This document shows, in pieces, positions 32,378 through 46,699 of a stretch of DNA of 64,000 bases. This stretch comes from the human T2T-CHM13v2.0 reference genome, Homo sapiens. Location: NCBI RefSeq assembly GCF_009914755.1, contig NC_060925.1, one strand, 5' to 3'. The first letter of the stretch is position 1, and each line of letters begins with the position of its first letter. A program made the translations under genes and the position numbers. Under the pieces are notes generated by a model. The model saw only the letters and a program-made list of their open reading frames with translations, made no database searches and was not told the origin of the DNA.

Positions 32378-32429
32378 TTTATAGCTTTATAAAGTTAAGA
32401 GTGCCTTCATACGTCTTCTGTGGTTTTCC
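32378..32429 (-). pseudogene. Candidate exon (52 nt, GKPQKTYEGTLNFIKL*)
   Basis: Acceptor ctgtcttctttctatggggtccctcag, donor AAA|gtgaga. One base short of bridging phase 0 to phase 2. Confidence 0.3.
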
Positions 32430-32564
32430 CTGAGGGACCCCATAGAAAGAAGACAGTGGACAAAAGCAGGATTCACAGTTTCTAAGTCCCTCAGCCAAAT
32501 GTTAATTGAATAAATTAGATTTCCAAAGTGTTTACACAAAACAGGAACAAAAAATGATGGGCAA

Positions 32565-32913
<349 letters not shown>

Positions 32914-33304
32914 TTATTTAGTTAAACGGCATCATCAACAAAACACTTCATTAATACCTATCTATCTATGATCATGTTTTGGGAAAACTGCAAAGTGAAC
33001 AGTCACAATTCTTGTCTTTTGAGAGTTTACAAACTAGGAAATGCATGAACATCAGTACTACATATGAAAATGAAGCAAGCAATGGATACAAACTGGAAAT
33101 AACTAATATGCGTTATTTTTCTTTTATGTCTGCCCTTTGCTTCCAGTGGAATGAGGGAGGCATTTCCTTATAGTCACTCAGATAGAAATCAAGATGTTTA
33201 TGGACATATTGTGTCAGCTCTAATACCTTGCTACATATCTGTTAAAATGTCTTCACTCTGAAATTTGTCCAGCAACAGTTGCATATGACCCCTTTGAATC
33301 TTAC

Positions 33305-33428
33305 AGGTCACAAGAATTGAAGCATCTTGGTTTCCTCATATTCTCGGAGGGTGACACTGTGAGAGTCATACAAGCTACTTGTTTATGGCTCACAGAGGAT
33401 CCTTGTGGAGTGTAACTTCAGGAGTTCT
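33305..33428 (-). pseudogene. Candidate exon (124 nt, phase 2-0, ELLKLHSTRILCEP*TSSLYDSHSVTLREYEETKMLQFL*P)
   Basis: Very strong acceptor ttctcatttttctttccttgcttccag, donor CCT|gtaaga. The same frame also continues with one more stop to about 33113, so the exon may be longer. Confidence 0.45.
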
Positions 33429-34957
33429 CTGGAAGCAAGGAAAGAAAAATGAGAACAGTACAGACAATGGGCAAGGTTAAAGCAGGATTAGAATGGTGAA
33501 GGGGTACTGAACAGATTTGCCTAAAATTAGCTGAGAGGATAGGAGAATAGGAGATTACAAAAAATTGGGGGCACTCCAGTATGACACCATGAAAGAAAGC
33601 ATAAAGTATTAAAGTTTGATTCATGGTATAATGGCAAGTCAATGAGGAGCTCTAATCACTGGGCCATGGGCAGTGCCCTAAAAATAGTAGTCATGCTATA
33701 AATATGTCTTGTTATGAAGACAAAGTGATAATGATGATTTTAAAGACAAGCAAGGGAAATGGTGTGCTCTCTTGTCAAATAAAGAAGAAGCTTAGGCAAC
33801 ATACTCTTTGCCCTTTAATATGTTTGGAGTCCATTAAGGAAATAAATATTTAGCACAAAGAATTCTTTCAAAAAACACAAAGGGCTCAGTAATGGTCAGA
33901 ACTGAAACTGGACAATAACAGAGCTGTAAGGGTGACAATTGTGTATGTATCACAATTCACCTTGAACATCACATATCTGAAAATAGCCCCTCCAGCCCTC
34001 ATACTCTAAATGACCCCTGCTATACCCTCTAACTCTCGGCATCATCTCAGCCTGATTCTTCTCTCTGTACTCATATGTACTCAACCTCCCCTTCATGGCA
34101 TGTTTCTCTCACAGCTCATCTGGGTTTCACTAATGTAAAATACTGATTATTTCCCTATGGATAAAGCTCCGGATGTTCTCAGGAAAAGAGCACAATAACG
34201 CCTGCTGCATACAGCATTATTAAAAACTGGGGGAAAAATGTGTACAGAAAAGATAAGATCAAGGTACTAGGTCTTTACCTGGCTGCTACTGCATGTGTTA
34301 AAACTTGAACTTTCAAGTAATGAATAACAAAAAATAGTAATCTTTCATCACAGCTGTGTAGTTTCAGAAATTTTTATAACTTCAGCATCTGTAAATACTT
34401 GGGAAAATGACAATAAGGAGGATGGCACATTAAATATCCAAAAGAAGATGTTCTGCTACCCTGGAGTTGTAGATTACAAAAAATTGAGGGTTATTCAAAT
34501 TCTTACTAGACCACTGACTCAGAAGCTTAATGTATTAAAGAGCTTATGTGGAAGTCAGGAATAAGACTAAAGAAGAGAAGAAAAATTCAAGCTAAGAGTA
34601 AAGCCATTTGGCTTTTATCACATTCAGAGAATATAGAGAGCTGTGAATCATCAGAAGAAATAACTAGCCAATGATAGGATGATTGTAAGCAGATGTATCT
34701 GAAACTACTGGCAGGATTCAGAATTGTGTATTTTATCAAGTGGTAATTTATCTTGAAACAAATGTCAATCAATAAATTATGCCATTCCAAGACCAACAAC
34801 TATTTCCATTATTTGCCAAAATATCATAGAACAGTTATTATTGAGACAACAACTCCCTCAAATAAACAAAATATTCAAGATATGAGTCATTCTGTTTAAA
34901 AAATCCTAACTGGTAAACTAAAAATTATTCAGAAAACTCCTGTTATTCTCATCTATA

Positions 34958-35269
<312 letters not shown>

Positions 35270-35600
35270 TAGTGTCACAGACCTTTATTCTCACTGTCTA
35301 AGACTACAGGTGGAAGGGGTAAAGAAGTAGGCTGCCTGTGTCCTGGTCATATCATTCTCCAAAGTTTATGACACTACCCAATTCCAGAGGACACCATTCA
35401 TACTAAAAACTTTGTTCTAGGGTGCCAGTCACGTTGTGAATGCAACCCCCCAAAATGACAATATTGCGTGAAACCTTACTGTTACTGTTCTCAACAAATG
35501 TCTGATGTTTGCTTCTTTTGTTGTTTCACTATTCATCCAAAAACAGAGAGCTGAGAGGTGGTCAACGGGGATGGATGTGATGAATCCAGTTGGTTTAAAT

Positions 35601-35810
35601 CAGTGGTTCTCAAGCAGGGACCATTCAGCCCAGGAGATACTGGGTAATGTCTGGAGATATTTGGGATGTTCTAACTAAGGGAGTGCTAGTAACATCTAGT
35701 GACTAGAAGCCAGAGATGATGCTAAACTTCCTACCATGCACACAATAACCCCCTACAACAAATAACTATCCAGCCTAAAAAGTCAGCAATGCCAAAGTTG
35801 AGAAACTTTA
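35601..35810 (+). mobile_element. MER20 hAT MITE
   Basis: cagtggttctcaa...aatgtctggaga...gttgagaaac. Confidence 0.85.
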
Positions 35811-36939
35811 GCTTGTAATTTGCTTATTCATTTCTGGTGGATTGTTTACATTAATAGGCAACCAAATGGTGTTTTTATTCACAAAAGAAGAGCTATTTTA
35901 ACAGAAAGAAATTATCTTGAGAAATGGCAGAAAGGTAAGAGTGGAAAGGCAGGAAGGGAATTATTTTTGTTCCAATAATTGAATACCCACTGTATTCCAA
36001 GGACTATGCCTTGTATCTTGCTTACTATTATTACATTCAGTAATCCAGATAACCCTATGAGACAAGTGTTTTTCCTCCACTTTCATTATGAGCAGCCCCA
36101 TCTCAATTAAATAATTAACGTATGCTTGAGGAACTAGGAATTATTATTTAATAATAATTAAATAATCAACATATGCTTGAGGAACTAGGAAGCAGCACAA
36201 TAGAGAAATTGAACTCAAGAGATGAGGGTAAGAGATTTATTTAGGTCACAGGTGAAATCCTAAAGCAGTTCACCAAGTTAGAATCCGAAAGCACTGAAGA
36301 CATGATCTATCACATTCAGTCTTCAGTGGGCTGGAGTGGGCTCTTTTGCCACGTGGGAGAAAGTTATTTTAATTTCTCAGTCCCAAGAGCAGCCACCTCC
36401 CCAAGTGCAGTGTGCTTCTAAGCCAGTTGCACACACATTCTTGAGTCCTGTCTTGATTTCTAACCTGTGGCCTGAGCCTATCATCTCAAGAAAACTGCTA
36501 GAGGGGAACGAAAAACATATTTGTTAATATGCATGACATTAGCCCTGACCATTCCACAATGAGACAAATACTGTCAGTGCCAAGCATCTGCGAAGCTATA
36601 AACACTAGGATGCCAGGATGTCTTTCTGTCTAATTAGGATGCTCTAATTTTTTTCAAATTTATGTCTTAAATGTGCCCACCGGTGTGATATTGGCTCTAA
36701 CAGTGTTGTGGGATCATAGCTTACTATCACTTACTAGTTAGACTTGCAAAATAAGTCTAAATATCTGTTGTGCTGCTTTTTATGTTATTATTTCTCTAAT
36801 TTGTAGCTGCCAAGAGGGAAAACTTTGCCATTAGTGAGAGTCTAGTCCAACATGCAGCAATGTGTGGTCCAGAGAAGGAAAAAACACACAAAATCTAAGT
36901 AGTAAAGTTTTTTCTATAAAATTACTATTATTCAAATGA

Positions 36940-37255
36940 TTTTATTTTCTTTTTTGTTGCTTTTTATTTACTTTTATTTTAGATTTGTGGGTACATGTGC
37001 AGGTTTGTTACATGAGTAAATTGCATGTCACTGAGGCTTAGTGTATGAGTGATCCCATCACCAAGGTACTGAGCATAGTACCTGATAGGCAGCCTTGAAC
37101 CCACACCCCCTTCCCACCTTCCCTGCTCAAGCAGTTCCTAGTGTCTATTGTTCCCATTTTTGTCTCCATGTGTGTTCAGTGTTTAGCTTCTGCTTATAAG
37201 TGATAACAGGTGGTGTTTGGTTCTCTATTCCTGTGTTAGTTTGCTTAGGATAATA
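36940..37255 (-). mobile_element. Old L1PA (PA15/16-like) 3' end
   Basis: T-rich tail plus gtacatgtgcaggtttgttacatg. Confidence 0.85.
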
Positions 37256-37564
37256 TTCAGATGACTTTAAAAGATTACACATGAGGTAGAAAGACTGACA
37301 GAAATACAACCTAGTCATGTACGTATTTTCTACTCTCAATTTCTTATATTAACTTTTAATGATAAGAGTCACCTTGTCCTCAACTTGTCTTATATTCCTG
37401 ACATTGCTATTCACCAGATCTCTGGATTTCTTTGAGGTTTCTGGGATTCAGAGCATTTTATAAAAATTCAACATTTTAAGCCTCTGTCAAAACTTGTAAT
37501 GTCTTGCTTTCTTTACTTCTTTAGATAGTACTTTATCTTTTCCTGTTCCTCAGGCTGTCCTTAC

Positions 37565-37816
37565 CTCTCTGCATCTTGGAGTTCCCTTTACAGTCAGAAG
37601 AGCACACAGTTCTCACAATTGTTACTCCTCATACAGCTCCAACTGAGCACACAAGAAGTGTGAGGCATATGGACCAGCATTCATGTTTCAGCAGTGCTTC
37701 CTGGCTGCAGGTTTACCACTGTCCAGGAATCCTCTTGTTGCCATTCTTCTATGTGGCTCTTCACCTTTATCTATCATGTAGCTAGCCTACATTTACTTGG
37801 TCTTTTTTGTCTTTCT
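37565..37816 (-). pseudogene. Candidate exon (252 nt, phase 2-2, several stops)
   Basis: aattttag|AGAAAG...GAGAG|gtaagg. Purine-rich, charged translation (ERQKRPSK...RELQDAER) but 5 stops. Confidence 0.25.
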
Positions 37817-37965
37817 CTAAAATTATAATCAATTTTTTATTAGAGCACAAGAATTTTAAAACCTATTTAGAGCCTCAGCAATACTTCAGCATAACCTTCA
37901 TATGAGAGCTCCTCTGATTTGGAAAATGCAGATGTAATGTATTAAAAATCTAAAGAAACAATCAC

Positions 37966-38063
37966 CTGTGCATCAGTGAATATATACCAAATACATGAAA
38001 AAAATAAAAAAGAACTCTAGGGTTCACAGAGTCTAAAATGCAACACTTTTTTTCAGGAATCTG
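37966..38063 (-). pseudogene. Candidate exon (98 nt, ...KKCCILDSVNPRVLFYFFHVFGIYSLMHR)
   Basis: Acceptor cctttttcactttcatttag(cag), donor CAG|gtgatt. One fully open frame. Needs a slip in the A7 run to join the upstream exon. Confidence 0.4.
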
Positions 38064-38244
38064 CTAAATGAAAGTGAAAAAGGTGGATTAAGGTAATTTA
38101 AGCAGTTGCAAGTTTCTTTTAAATTGAATCCATGGCAGTGGGATGTGGGGAGTAAATGAGTAGTAAATAGAGTTAATTTTACTTCTGAACAAGATAGGTG
38201 GCTGCCAACAGAAGTGTAATTTGAAGGACTCCAGAAATACATAC

Positions 38245-38274
38245 CTATCTAAGAAACAAATATCCCTCTCTAAC
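38245..38274 (-). pseudogene. Candidate micro-exon (30 nt, phase 2-2, LERDICFLD)
   Basis: ttctagcag|GTTAG...GATAG|gtatgt. In frame with 39375-39461. Confidence 0.4.
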
Positions 38275-38909
38275 CTGCTAGAACACCTTTAATGCCATTA
38301 TTAGAGGTTTTGTTTTTTTTTCAAAGCAAGTATTGTCATGAATAAGATGCCTATTAAAATGTAAATGCCTCTGGTAAATCAATGCACTAAGTGGTTTTTG
38401 AACATTAGTATATAAATGAGATGAGAGAGCAAGTTGTAACCCACGGGAATGGAATTGAAGAAATGAGATGTTTAGTAAATGTCAGTGGGGCTGGAAAGTC
38501 GAAGCATAACTGAAGGAAATCATGCTGCTACTGGGTAGTGTGGTTGCAATGGGGGGAGGGTCTAAGGGACCTGGGTAAGTAGGAAAAGATGTGAGAGAGG
38601 AGGAAGCAAGAAAGAGAAATAAGTTAAAACAGGGAGGTAAAACTCCTAATTCACAATTTTCGACAGAATTGAAAAGTATTCCTTTATAGCTTTCCCCCTC
38701 CGTCTGACATTGAGCCTCTGAGATCTTCTAAAACAAACACACTTTTTCTCCATCTCCTCTTAATACTCTGCTTAAACCTAGCTTATCACCATGCCTTACA
38801 CATTGCAAGCACTCAATATTTGATTGATTCATATACACTCTCCTGTCAGTTTGCATATCCTGCAACTAACAGCACACCTCAAGGGGCTCTGAAAACTAAG
38901 AAAATGCTT

Positions 38910-39220
38910 GGTTGGGTGCGGTGGCTCACGCCTGTAATCCCAGAGCTCTGGGAGGCCAAGGAGGGTGGATCACGACATTAGCAGTTCAAGACCAGCCTGG
39001 CCAACCTGGTGAAACCCCGTTTCTACTAAAAATACAAAAAAATTAACCAGGCGTGTGGCCGCGGGTGCCTGTAATCCCAGCTACTCAGGAGGCTGAGGCA
39101 GAGAATTGATTGAATCCAGGAGGCGGAGGTTGCAGTGACCCGAGATCACGCCACTGCACTCCAGCCTGGGTGACAGAGCGAGACGCCATCTCAAAAAAAA
39201 AAAAGAAAAGAAAAGAAAAG
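38910..39220 (+). mobile_element. AluS
   Basis: Full dimer with A/(AAAAG)n tail. Confidence 0.93.
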
Positions 39221-39374
39221 AATGCACGTGTTAAGCGTAAAGGAGACGAATATATTCCTAGAGAAATACCATTAGGTGTGCAGCCACACAACTAGGTGCC
39301 TACAGTGAGACAGCATGCCATTGTTGGCATTCACACAGTTCATTAAAATAGAAGAGAGGCAAGTGCAATCTTAC

Positions 39375-39461
39375 CTCTCCTGGGAATAAATATCAGAACT
39401 TCTCAGCATAGGGACCAAATCAGCATAGGTGTTTGTTGTTAGAAAAATAGGTTTAATAATC
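39375..39461 (-). pseudogene. Candidate exon (87 nt, phase 2-2, IIKPIFLTTNTYADLVPMLRSSDIYSQER)
   Basis: Acceptor tatctttatctgtgatacag, strong donor GAG|gtaaga. Open and frame-preserving. Confidence 0.55.
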
Positions 39462-39859
39462 CTGTATCACAGATAAAGATACCAGCAAATAGAGAATTTC
39501 AGTATTCAAATGCACCTAAGTGAAACTAATCAATGAGCAATAAAGCTTAAACTCTTGAAATTTTCTACCCATTCCACAGCCCAGCCTTAAAGAAATGGGC
39601 CAAGAGTCATTAAATCCTAGCTGGTCACATATGGACGGCTCTGAAAGGAATGCTGGAGTCCTTACATATACCATAGCATTATGCTCTTTGGGAAGTTCTA
39701 TACATTTTTCTTTAAAGGTACAAGTGAAACTGTAAGCTGCTGTTAGTGAAGAAAACCAGATTGCTCTGGGCACGGAGCCATACCAATCCAGGCCTAATGT
39801 GTGAACCAGAACTGAGCATGATAGGTAGCCTCTGAAGAGCAAGAAAGTTAGTTACACTA

Positions 39860-40420
39860 ACGAGATGAAAAGCCTGTAGCTATTCTATGTGGGCAAATTA
39901 CTCTGCCTGCTGAGTTGAAAAAGACTATAGGGGGTCCAGGGCAGAAGCATGGAGACCAGTTAGGGATAGCATTGCAATAATCTAGACAAGATATAATGAT
40001 GGCTTAAACTAGGATAGTAGCAGCGGAAGTGTTAAAAATTCTGGATGGAGTCCAAAGGTAATGCTGAAAGAATCAGCTAATGGATTTAAAGTGAGGTAGA
40101 AATAGAGGAAACAAGGATGACAGCATTTTTGTCCCAGCCAATTGGATGAATAAAGGTGATATTTATTGGATGGAAATGCAAGGTTCGAGAAGAAAATCAG
40201 CTGAACTTGCCATATTTGAAATCACTTTTATCCAAGTGGGAATGTCAAGTAGAGAAATGGATTTATAACTCTAGATTTCTGCAGAGAGGTTCAAATGCAA
40301 GATGTAAATTTTGGAGTTATCAGTATATAGATGTTGTTTAAAATGAGACCAGAGGATATTACTTAGGAGGTGAATGGTTTAAAAAATGCAAGAAATTCAA
40401 GTTTCAACTCTGGGACACTT
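39860..40420 (-). mobile_element. Probable L2 fragment
   Basis: L2-like words (ggagaccagttagg...attgcaataatctag...gatggcttaaactagg). Confidence 0.55.
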
Positions 40421-40743
40421 TAGGTGCAAATCTTGGCCATATTGATGGAGTTTGCTAAAGGATAGTTATGAGGAAACAGGATGGTTATGAGGAGACATTC
40501 TAGGACCATTAAACCATAAAGGACCGAGTGATCATTATGGGACATTACTATTTCCATGGATATAAAATCAGACAGATTAAGGGCTCTTCTACTAAATAAG
40601 GATTTTATTATTTACAATGTCTATGTGAAGAAAATTGAGTGAAAATCAAATAATTATTTAGTGAATAATTACTAGATATTACTAATTTGGCTAACTCTAG
40701 TCAAACTGCAATCCCCAATGCTGCAAATGTTTTTTAATCCTAC

Positions 40744-40955
40744 CTTTCTTTAGGGGTAAAAAAAAGGTGTAGGGACCAAATTTGCTTAATTCTCCACTTC
40801 ATTTTGCTTAGTATAGACTTAGAGTCCCCACAGACAAAATCAAAGTGTTGTCTGTTCATTATATGGTTAATTTGACTAGTTCAAGCCAAAAGACTTTTAA
40901 CTAGGACACTTGATTTTGTCTTCAAGTTTGATCATATGAATCAGATAGAATTTTC
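40744..40955 (-). pseudogene. Candidate exon (212 nt, phase 0-2, ENSI*FI*SNLKTKSSVLVKSLLA*TSQINHIMNRQHFDFVCGDSKSILSKMKWRIKQIWSLHLFFTPKER)
   Basis: catccatag|GAAA (alternative acceptor at 40971), donor AAG|gtagga. All three stops are TGA. Phases bridge the 50068 and 39461 exons. Confidence 0.45.
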
Positions 40956-42681
40956 CTATGGATGCAAATTCCTAGAAGTCATATATCTATTTTATGTGAT
41001 TTGGGAGTTGGGAGTACACAGAATGTATGGCTTAGATGCATAGAAAAATATTAATTTCTTTAAAATTATGTTTGGGTGGATGGATGAAGGAAGGGAGGAT
41101 GGTAGAAATAAAAATACATTGCACAAACCTTCTCTAATGATTGGTATGTGGTAAGACTAATAAAGCTGAGATAATTTCTATGACCTCATCTAAATGAAAA
41201 AAACTGAACTTTCGGGAGCACATACCTAGATGTGGCTCATCTGCATCAATATACTTGTTAGCAAGCCCATAACATTTACGTGAGAGAAATATTCAGCAAT
41301 CACCTCTTTGATTATATCAATACCTTAATTAAAAACCCAATTGAGAGTGACATCAGCAAGACGAAATCATGGTAAGCCCTGGACTCTCCTTCACTCCACA
41401 GATACACCTATTCAACACCAATGTATGGATCAATTCCTTTTGTGAGAAGTCCAGCTGAGAGGCTCCTGCATCCCTGACAAATGCAAAACCAGCCACGTCA
41501 AAACTTGTAAGAAAATTGGAGACACCTTGTCACCATAATACCCACCCTTGGCACAGAGCCATATGATAAGGAAAAAGATATCCAGCTCCCAACTTCTCAC
41601 TGAGGAAAGAAAGGGTTGGACCATAAATCCAGCATCTCACCTTTTCTAGGTATTTCCCCAGGGACTGGTTTTTGTCTTGCCTGGTTTTGTGCACTGGCAC
41701 ATTGTAAATGCCTAGGGCCATTGAGTATAAAAAAGGTGGTTTCAACTAGCATATAAGCACTTACCACAGGCTCTACCCCTAGCCCAGCACAGAGTAAGTA
41801 GGCAAAAAACCTCCAGTTCCCATATTCTCTCTGGGGAGAGAAAGAGTTGGACCACACATCTAACATTCCAACTCCTCTGGGTAATACCTGAAGAATTGGT
41901 TTCCATCTCACCTGTCATGTGCTGACAGGAGCCAGCATAATCTAGACACCTGGAGGCTGCTAAGAACAATTTGGAGTCACACAAACAGAAACTCTGGCCA
42001 GCTTGACTGGTGAAAGCCTTCTGTATGAGGTCAGTACATGAAGACTGGGAGAAATGGTTGTTTTTTCTAATGCATAGATACCAACACAAAGAGTCAAGAC
42101 AAGTGAAATATTCAAGAAACATAAACCACACAAAAAACAAGATAAACTGCAAATATTGATTCTAATGAAACAGAGATAAATGCATTACCTGAAAGATAAT
42201 TTAAAATAAGTATTGTACAAATACTCAATAAGCTCAGGAGAATATGCCATTATTACAGTAATACAATATTCTCCATGTGCCTATATATTTATCTTCACCA
42301 ATGAATTTATACTTTCTTCTACTACTGTGTTGTTATTTAGTATCCTTTTGATTCATGTTGAAGAACTTCCTTTAGCATTTCTTGAGAGGCAGGTCTAGTG
42401 GTGATGAATTCCCTTAGCTTTTCTTTTATTTTTATGTGTGTAAAATATATATAACATAAAATTTATCATCTTAATCATTTTTAAATGTGCATAATGTTGT
42501 ACAGCCATCACCACTATTTATCTCCATAATTCTGTTAGTCCCATAAAACTTAAATTCAATACCCATTAAATAATAACTCCTTATTTTCCTCTTCCCCCAC
42601 CCACTGGGAACCACCATTCTACTTTCTGTCTCTATGATTTAACTACTCTAAGTACTTCATAGAAGTAGAATCAAAAAATTA

Positions 42682-42775
42682 AGATGCTCCTTGGCTTATG
42701 ATGGTGCTGTGTCCTGATAAATCCATTGTAAGATAAAAATATCATAGGTTGAAATAAATTTAATACGTGTAACTT
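42682..42775. mobile_element. MER47/Tigger5-like fragment
   Basis: agatgctccttggcttatgatgg...cctgataaatccattgtaag. Confidence 0.6.
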
Positions 42776-43350
42776 ATTGGTAAAGCCAAATATATAGACA
42801 AATAGAGAATATTATATTACCATAATGGTGGTGGGTAAAACACTTTAAATCTAGTACAAATTAAAAGACAAAAGTATCAAAAATAACTATAACAAAAATA
42901 TATTGATGGATACAAAATATAGATAAATGTAAATTGTTACCTTAATAACACAAAGTGTGAAGAAGTGAGAAGTAAAAGTGTATTGGTTTTCTATGTGATT
43001 CAAAGTAAATCATTATCAACTGTGAGTACTGTAATAACTATAAGATATTTCATAAAAGCCCCTAGCAACCAGCAAAAAAAAACCCATAGAAGTTTCACAA
43101 AAGAAAAGAGAGATTCAAAGCATATCAATTTTATAAAAGGAAAGCTGCAAGAAGAAAAACAGGAACCAAAATAATATAAGACAAGCAGAAAACAATTAAA
43201 AAATGTTAATTTTGTTAACTAGCTTACCAATAGTAAATTAACTTAACAGTAGTAAATTGGTAAAATTGACTTACCAATAGTAAATTCTTTTCTATTAATA
43301 ATTACTTTAAACATAAATTGATTAAGCACCCCAATTAGAAAACATAGAAT

Positions 43351-43632
43351 AGTCTTGGCATGGTGACTTATGCCTGTAATCCCAGCACTTGAAAGGCTGA
43401 AGTGGGCAGACCACTTGAGGTCAGGAGTTCAAGACCAGCTTGGCCAACATGGTGAAATCCAGTTAAAACTAAAATACAAAAATTAGTCAGGCGTGGTGGC
43501 ACGTGCCTGTAGACGCAGCTAGTCAGGAGGCTGAGGCAGGAGAATCACTTGAACTCAGGAGGCAGAGGTTGCAGTGAACCGAGATTGCACCATTGCACCC
43601 CAGCCTGGGCAACAGAAAGAAAAAAAGAAAAA
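43351..43632 (+). mobile_element. AluS
   Basis: Alu dimer with A-rich tail. Confidence 0.9.
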
Positions 43633-44101
43633 GACATACAGTAGCTGAATGCAGAAAGAAACAAGATCCAACTATATGCTGTGTACAAAAGACTCACTTT
43701 AGATTTAAGGACACCGTTAGGCTGAAAGTGAAGGGATAAAAAGAAATATTCCATGCAAACAGTAGCCAGGAGAGAGCAGAGATGGCTATATTTATATAAG
43801 ACAAAGTAGACTTTAAGTCAAAAACTGTAACAGGAAATAAAAAAGGTTATCATGAAATGGTAAAAGGAGTAATTCACCAGGAATATATAATTATTATAAA
43901 TATATATGTGCCCAACAAAAGAGCACCAAAATATATAAAGCAAACATTGACAAATGTGATTACATCAAACTAAAAAGCTTCCATGTAGCCAAGAAAACAA
44001 TCAACAGAGTGAAGAGACAACCTACAGAATGGGAGAAAATATTCACAAACAACATGTCTTACAGAGTCAATTTTCAAAATATGTAAAAAATATGAAATTC
44101 A

Positions 44102-45367
44102 GGGAGGGTCTGGCAAGATGGCTGAATAGGAACAGCTCTGGTCTGCAGCTCCCAGTAAGACCAATGCAGAAGGAGGGTGATTTCTGCATTTCCAACTGAG
44201 GTACCCAGTTCATCTCATTGGGAGTGGTTAGACAGTGGGTGGAGCCCACGGAAAAGGAGCAGAAGCAGGGTGGGATGTTGCCTCACTCGGGAAGCACAAG
44301 GGGTCGGAGAACTCCCTCCACTAACCAAGGGAAGCCATGAGGGATTCTGCCCTGAGGGACGATGCTATCTGGCCAAGATACTATGCTTTTCCCTTGTTAT
44401 ACTGCAAGATAAAAAGCCTGTAGCTATTCTATGTGGGCAAAATAATTTTTGCAATCTATCCATCTGCCAAAGGACTAACATCCAGAATCTACAAGGAACT
44501 TAAATAAATTTGCAAGAAGAAAACAACCCCATCAAAAAGTGGGTGAAGGATATAAACAGACACTTTTCAAAAGAAAACATTTATGCAGCCAACAAACATA
44601 TGAAAAAAGATCATCATCACTGGTCATTAGAGAAATGCAAATCAAAACCAAAATGAGGTACCATCTCATGCCAGTTAGAATGATGATCATTAAAAAGTCA
44701 GGAAACAACACATGCTGGAGAGGATGTGGAGAAATAGGAATGCTTTTACACTGTTTGTGGGAGTGTAAATTAGTTCAACCATTATGGAAGACAGTGTGGA
44801 AATTCCTCAAGGATCTAGAACTAGAAATACCATTTGACCTAGCAATCCCATTACTGGGTATATACCCAAAGGATTATAAATCATTCTACTATAAAGACAG
44901 GTGCACACGTATGTTTATTGCAGCACTATTCACAATAACAAAGACTTGGAACCAACCCAAATGCCCATCAATGACAGACTGGATAAAGAAAATATAGCAC
45001 ATATACACCACGGAATAATTTGCAGCCATAAAAATAAGAATGAGTTCATGTCCTTTGCAGGGACATGGATGAAGCTGGAAACCATCATTCTCACCAAACT
45101 AACACAGGAACAGAAAACCAAATACCACATGTTCTCACTCATAAGTGGGAGTTGAACAGTGAGAACATGTGGACACAGGGATGGGAGCATCACACACTGA
45201 AGCCTGTTGGGCGGTGGGGGGCAAGGGAAGGGATAGAATTAGGAGAAATGCCTCATGTAGATGACAGGTTGATGGGTATGGCAAACCCAGGGCACATGTA
45301 TACCTATGTAACAAACCTGCACATTCTGCACATATATCCCAGAGCTTAAAGTATAATAAAAAAAAAG
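44102..45367 (+). mobile_element. L1PA7/8-like element with intact ends but a large internal deletion
   Basis: About 290 bp of 5' UTR (ggcaagatggctgaataggaacagctc) joined to the last about 920 bp. TSD gaaattca on both sides. Confidence 0.9.
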
Positions 45368-46182
45368 AAATTCATACAACTCAATGATTTGAAAATGATT
45401 TAAAAATGGGCAAAGGACCTGAATAGACATTTCATAAAAGAAGACATACAAATGGCGAAAAAGTATATGAAAAATGCTCAACGTCACTAATCATCAAGTA
45501 AATGCAAGTTAAAACCTCAATGAGCTGTCACCTGACACCTGTAAAAAAGAGTATGATCAAAAAGAAAAAACGTAACAAGTGTTGGTGAGAATAAGGAGGA
45601 AAGAAGAACCTTTGTATATTGTTGGTGGGAGTGTAAATTAGTACAACAATTATTAAAAACATATAGAGACTCCTCCAAATACTAAAAATAGAACTACTAT
45701 ATAATCCATCAATCTCACTTCTGGGTATATATCCATAGTAATGAAAGTAATATGTCAAAGAAATAGCTGTACTTCCATGTTTACTGTAGCATTATTCAGA
45801 ATAGTCAAAGCTGTGGAACAAACCTAAGTGTCTATTGATTAATGAATCTCTGAAGGAAATGTGATATAAACATATATAAATTATAACTAATATAATATAT
45901 AAAAATATATATAATGAAATACTACTCAGCCTTTAAGAAAGAAACCCTGTCATTTTTAAAAACATGAATGAACCTAGAGGACATTGTTCTAAGTGAAATA
46001 GGCCAGGCACAGACAGACAAATGCTGCATGATCTCACTTACAGATGGACACTAAGAAAGTTGAACTAACAGAAGCAGAGAGTAGAATGGTGATTCCAATG
46101 GGCAAAAAGTTTTAGAGAGGATGAATAATTTATGAAGATCTGTTACTCAGCGTGATGACTGTAGTTATAAACAAAATATTGT

Positions 46183-46584
<402 letters not shown>

Positions 46585-46699
46585 TTAATTAGGTTGATTA
46601 ATCATTTCATAATATATACATATTTCAAAATATTATATTGTACACTGCAACTATATATAATTTTCATTTGTCAATTATGTCTTGATAAAGCCAGAAGAA

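Noticed and set aside
41570-41920. About 230-bp spaced direct repeats as a novel array
   Set aside because: They lie within an L1M 5' UTR, where repeated units are expected.
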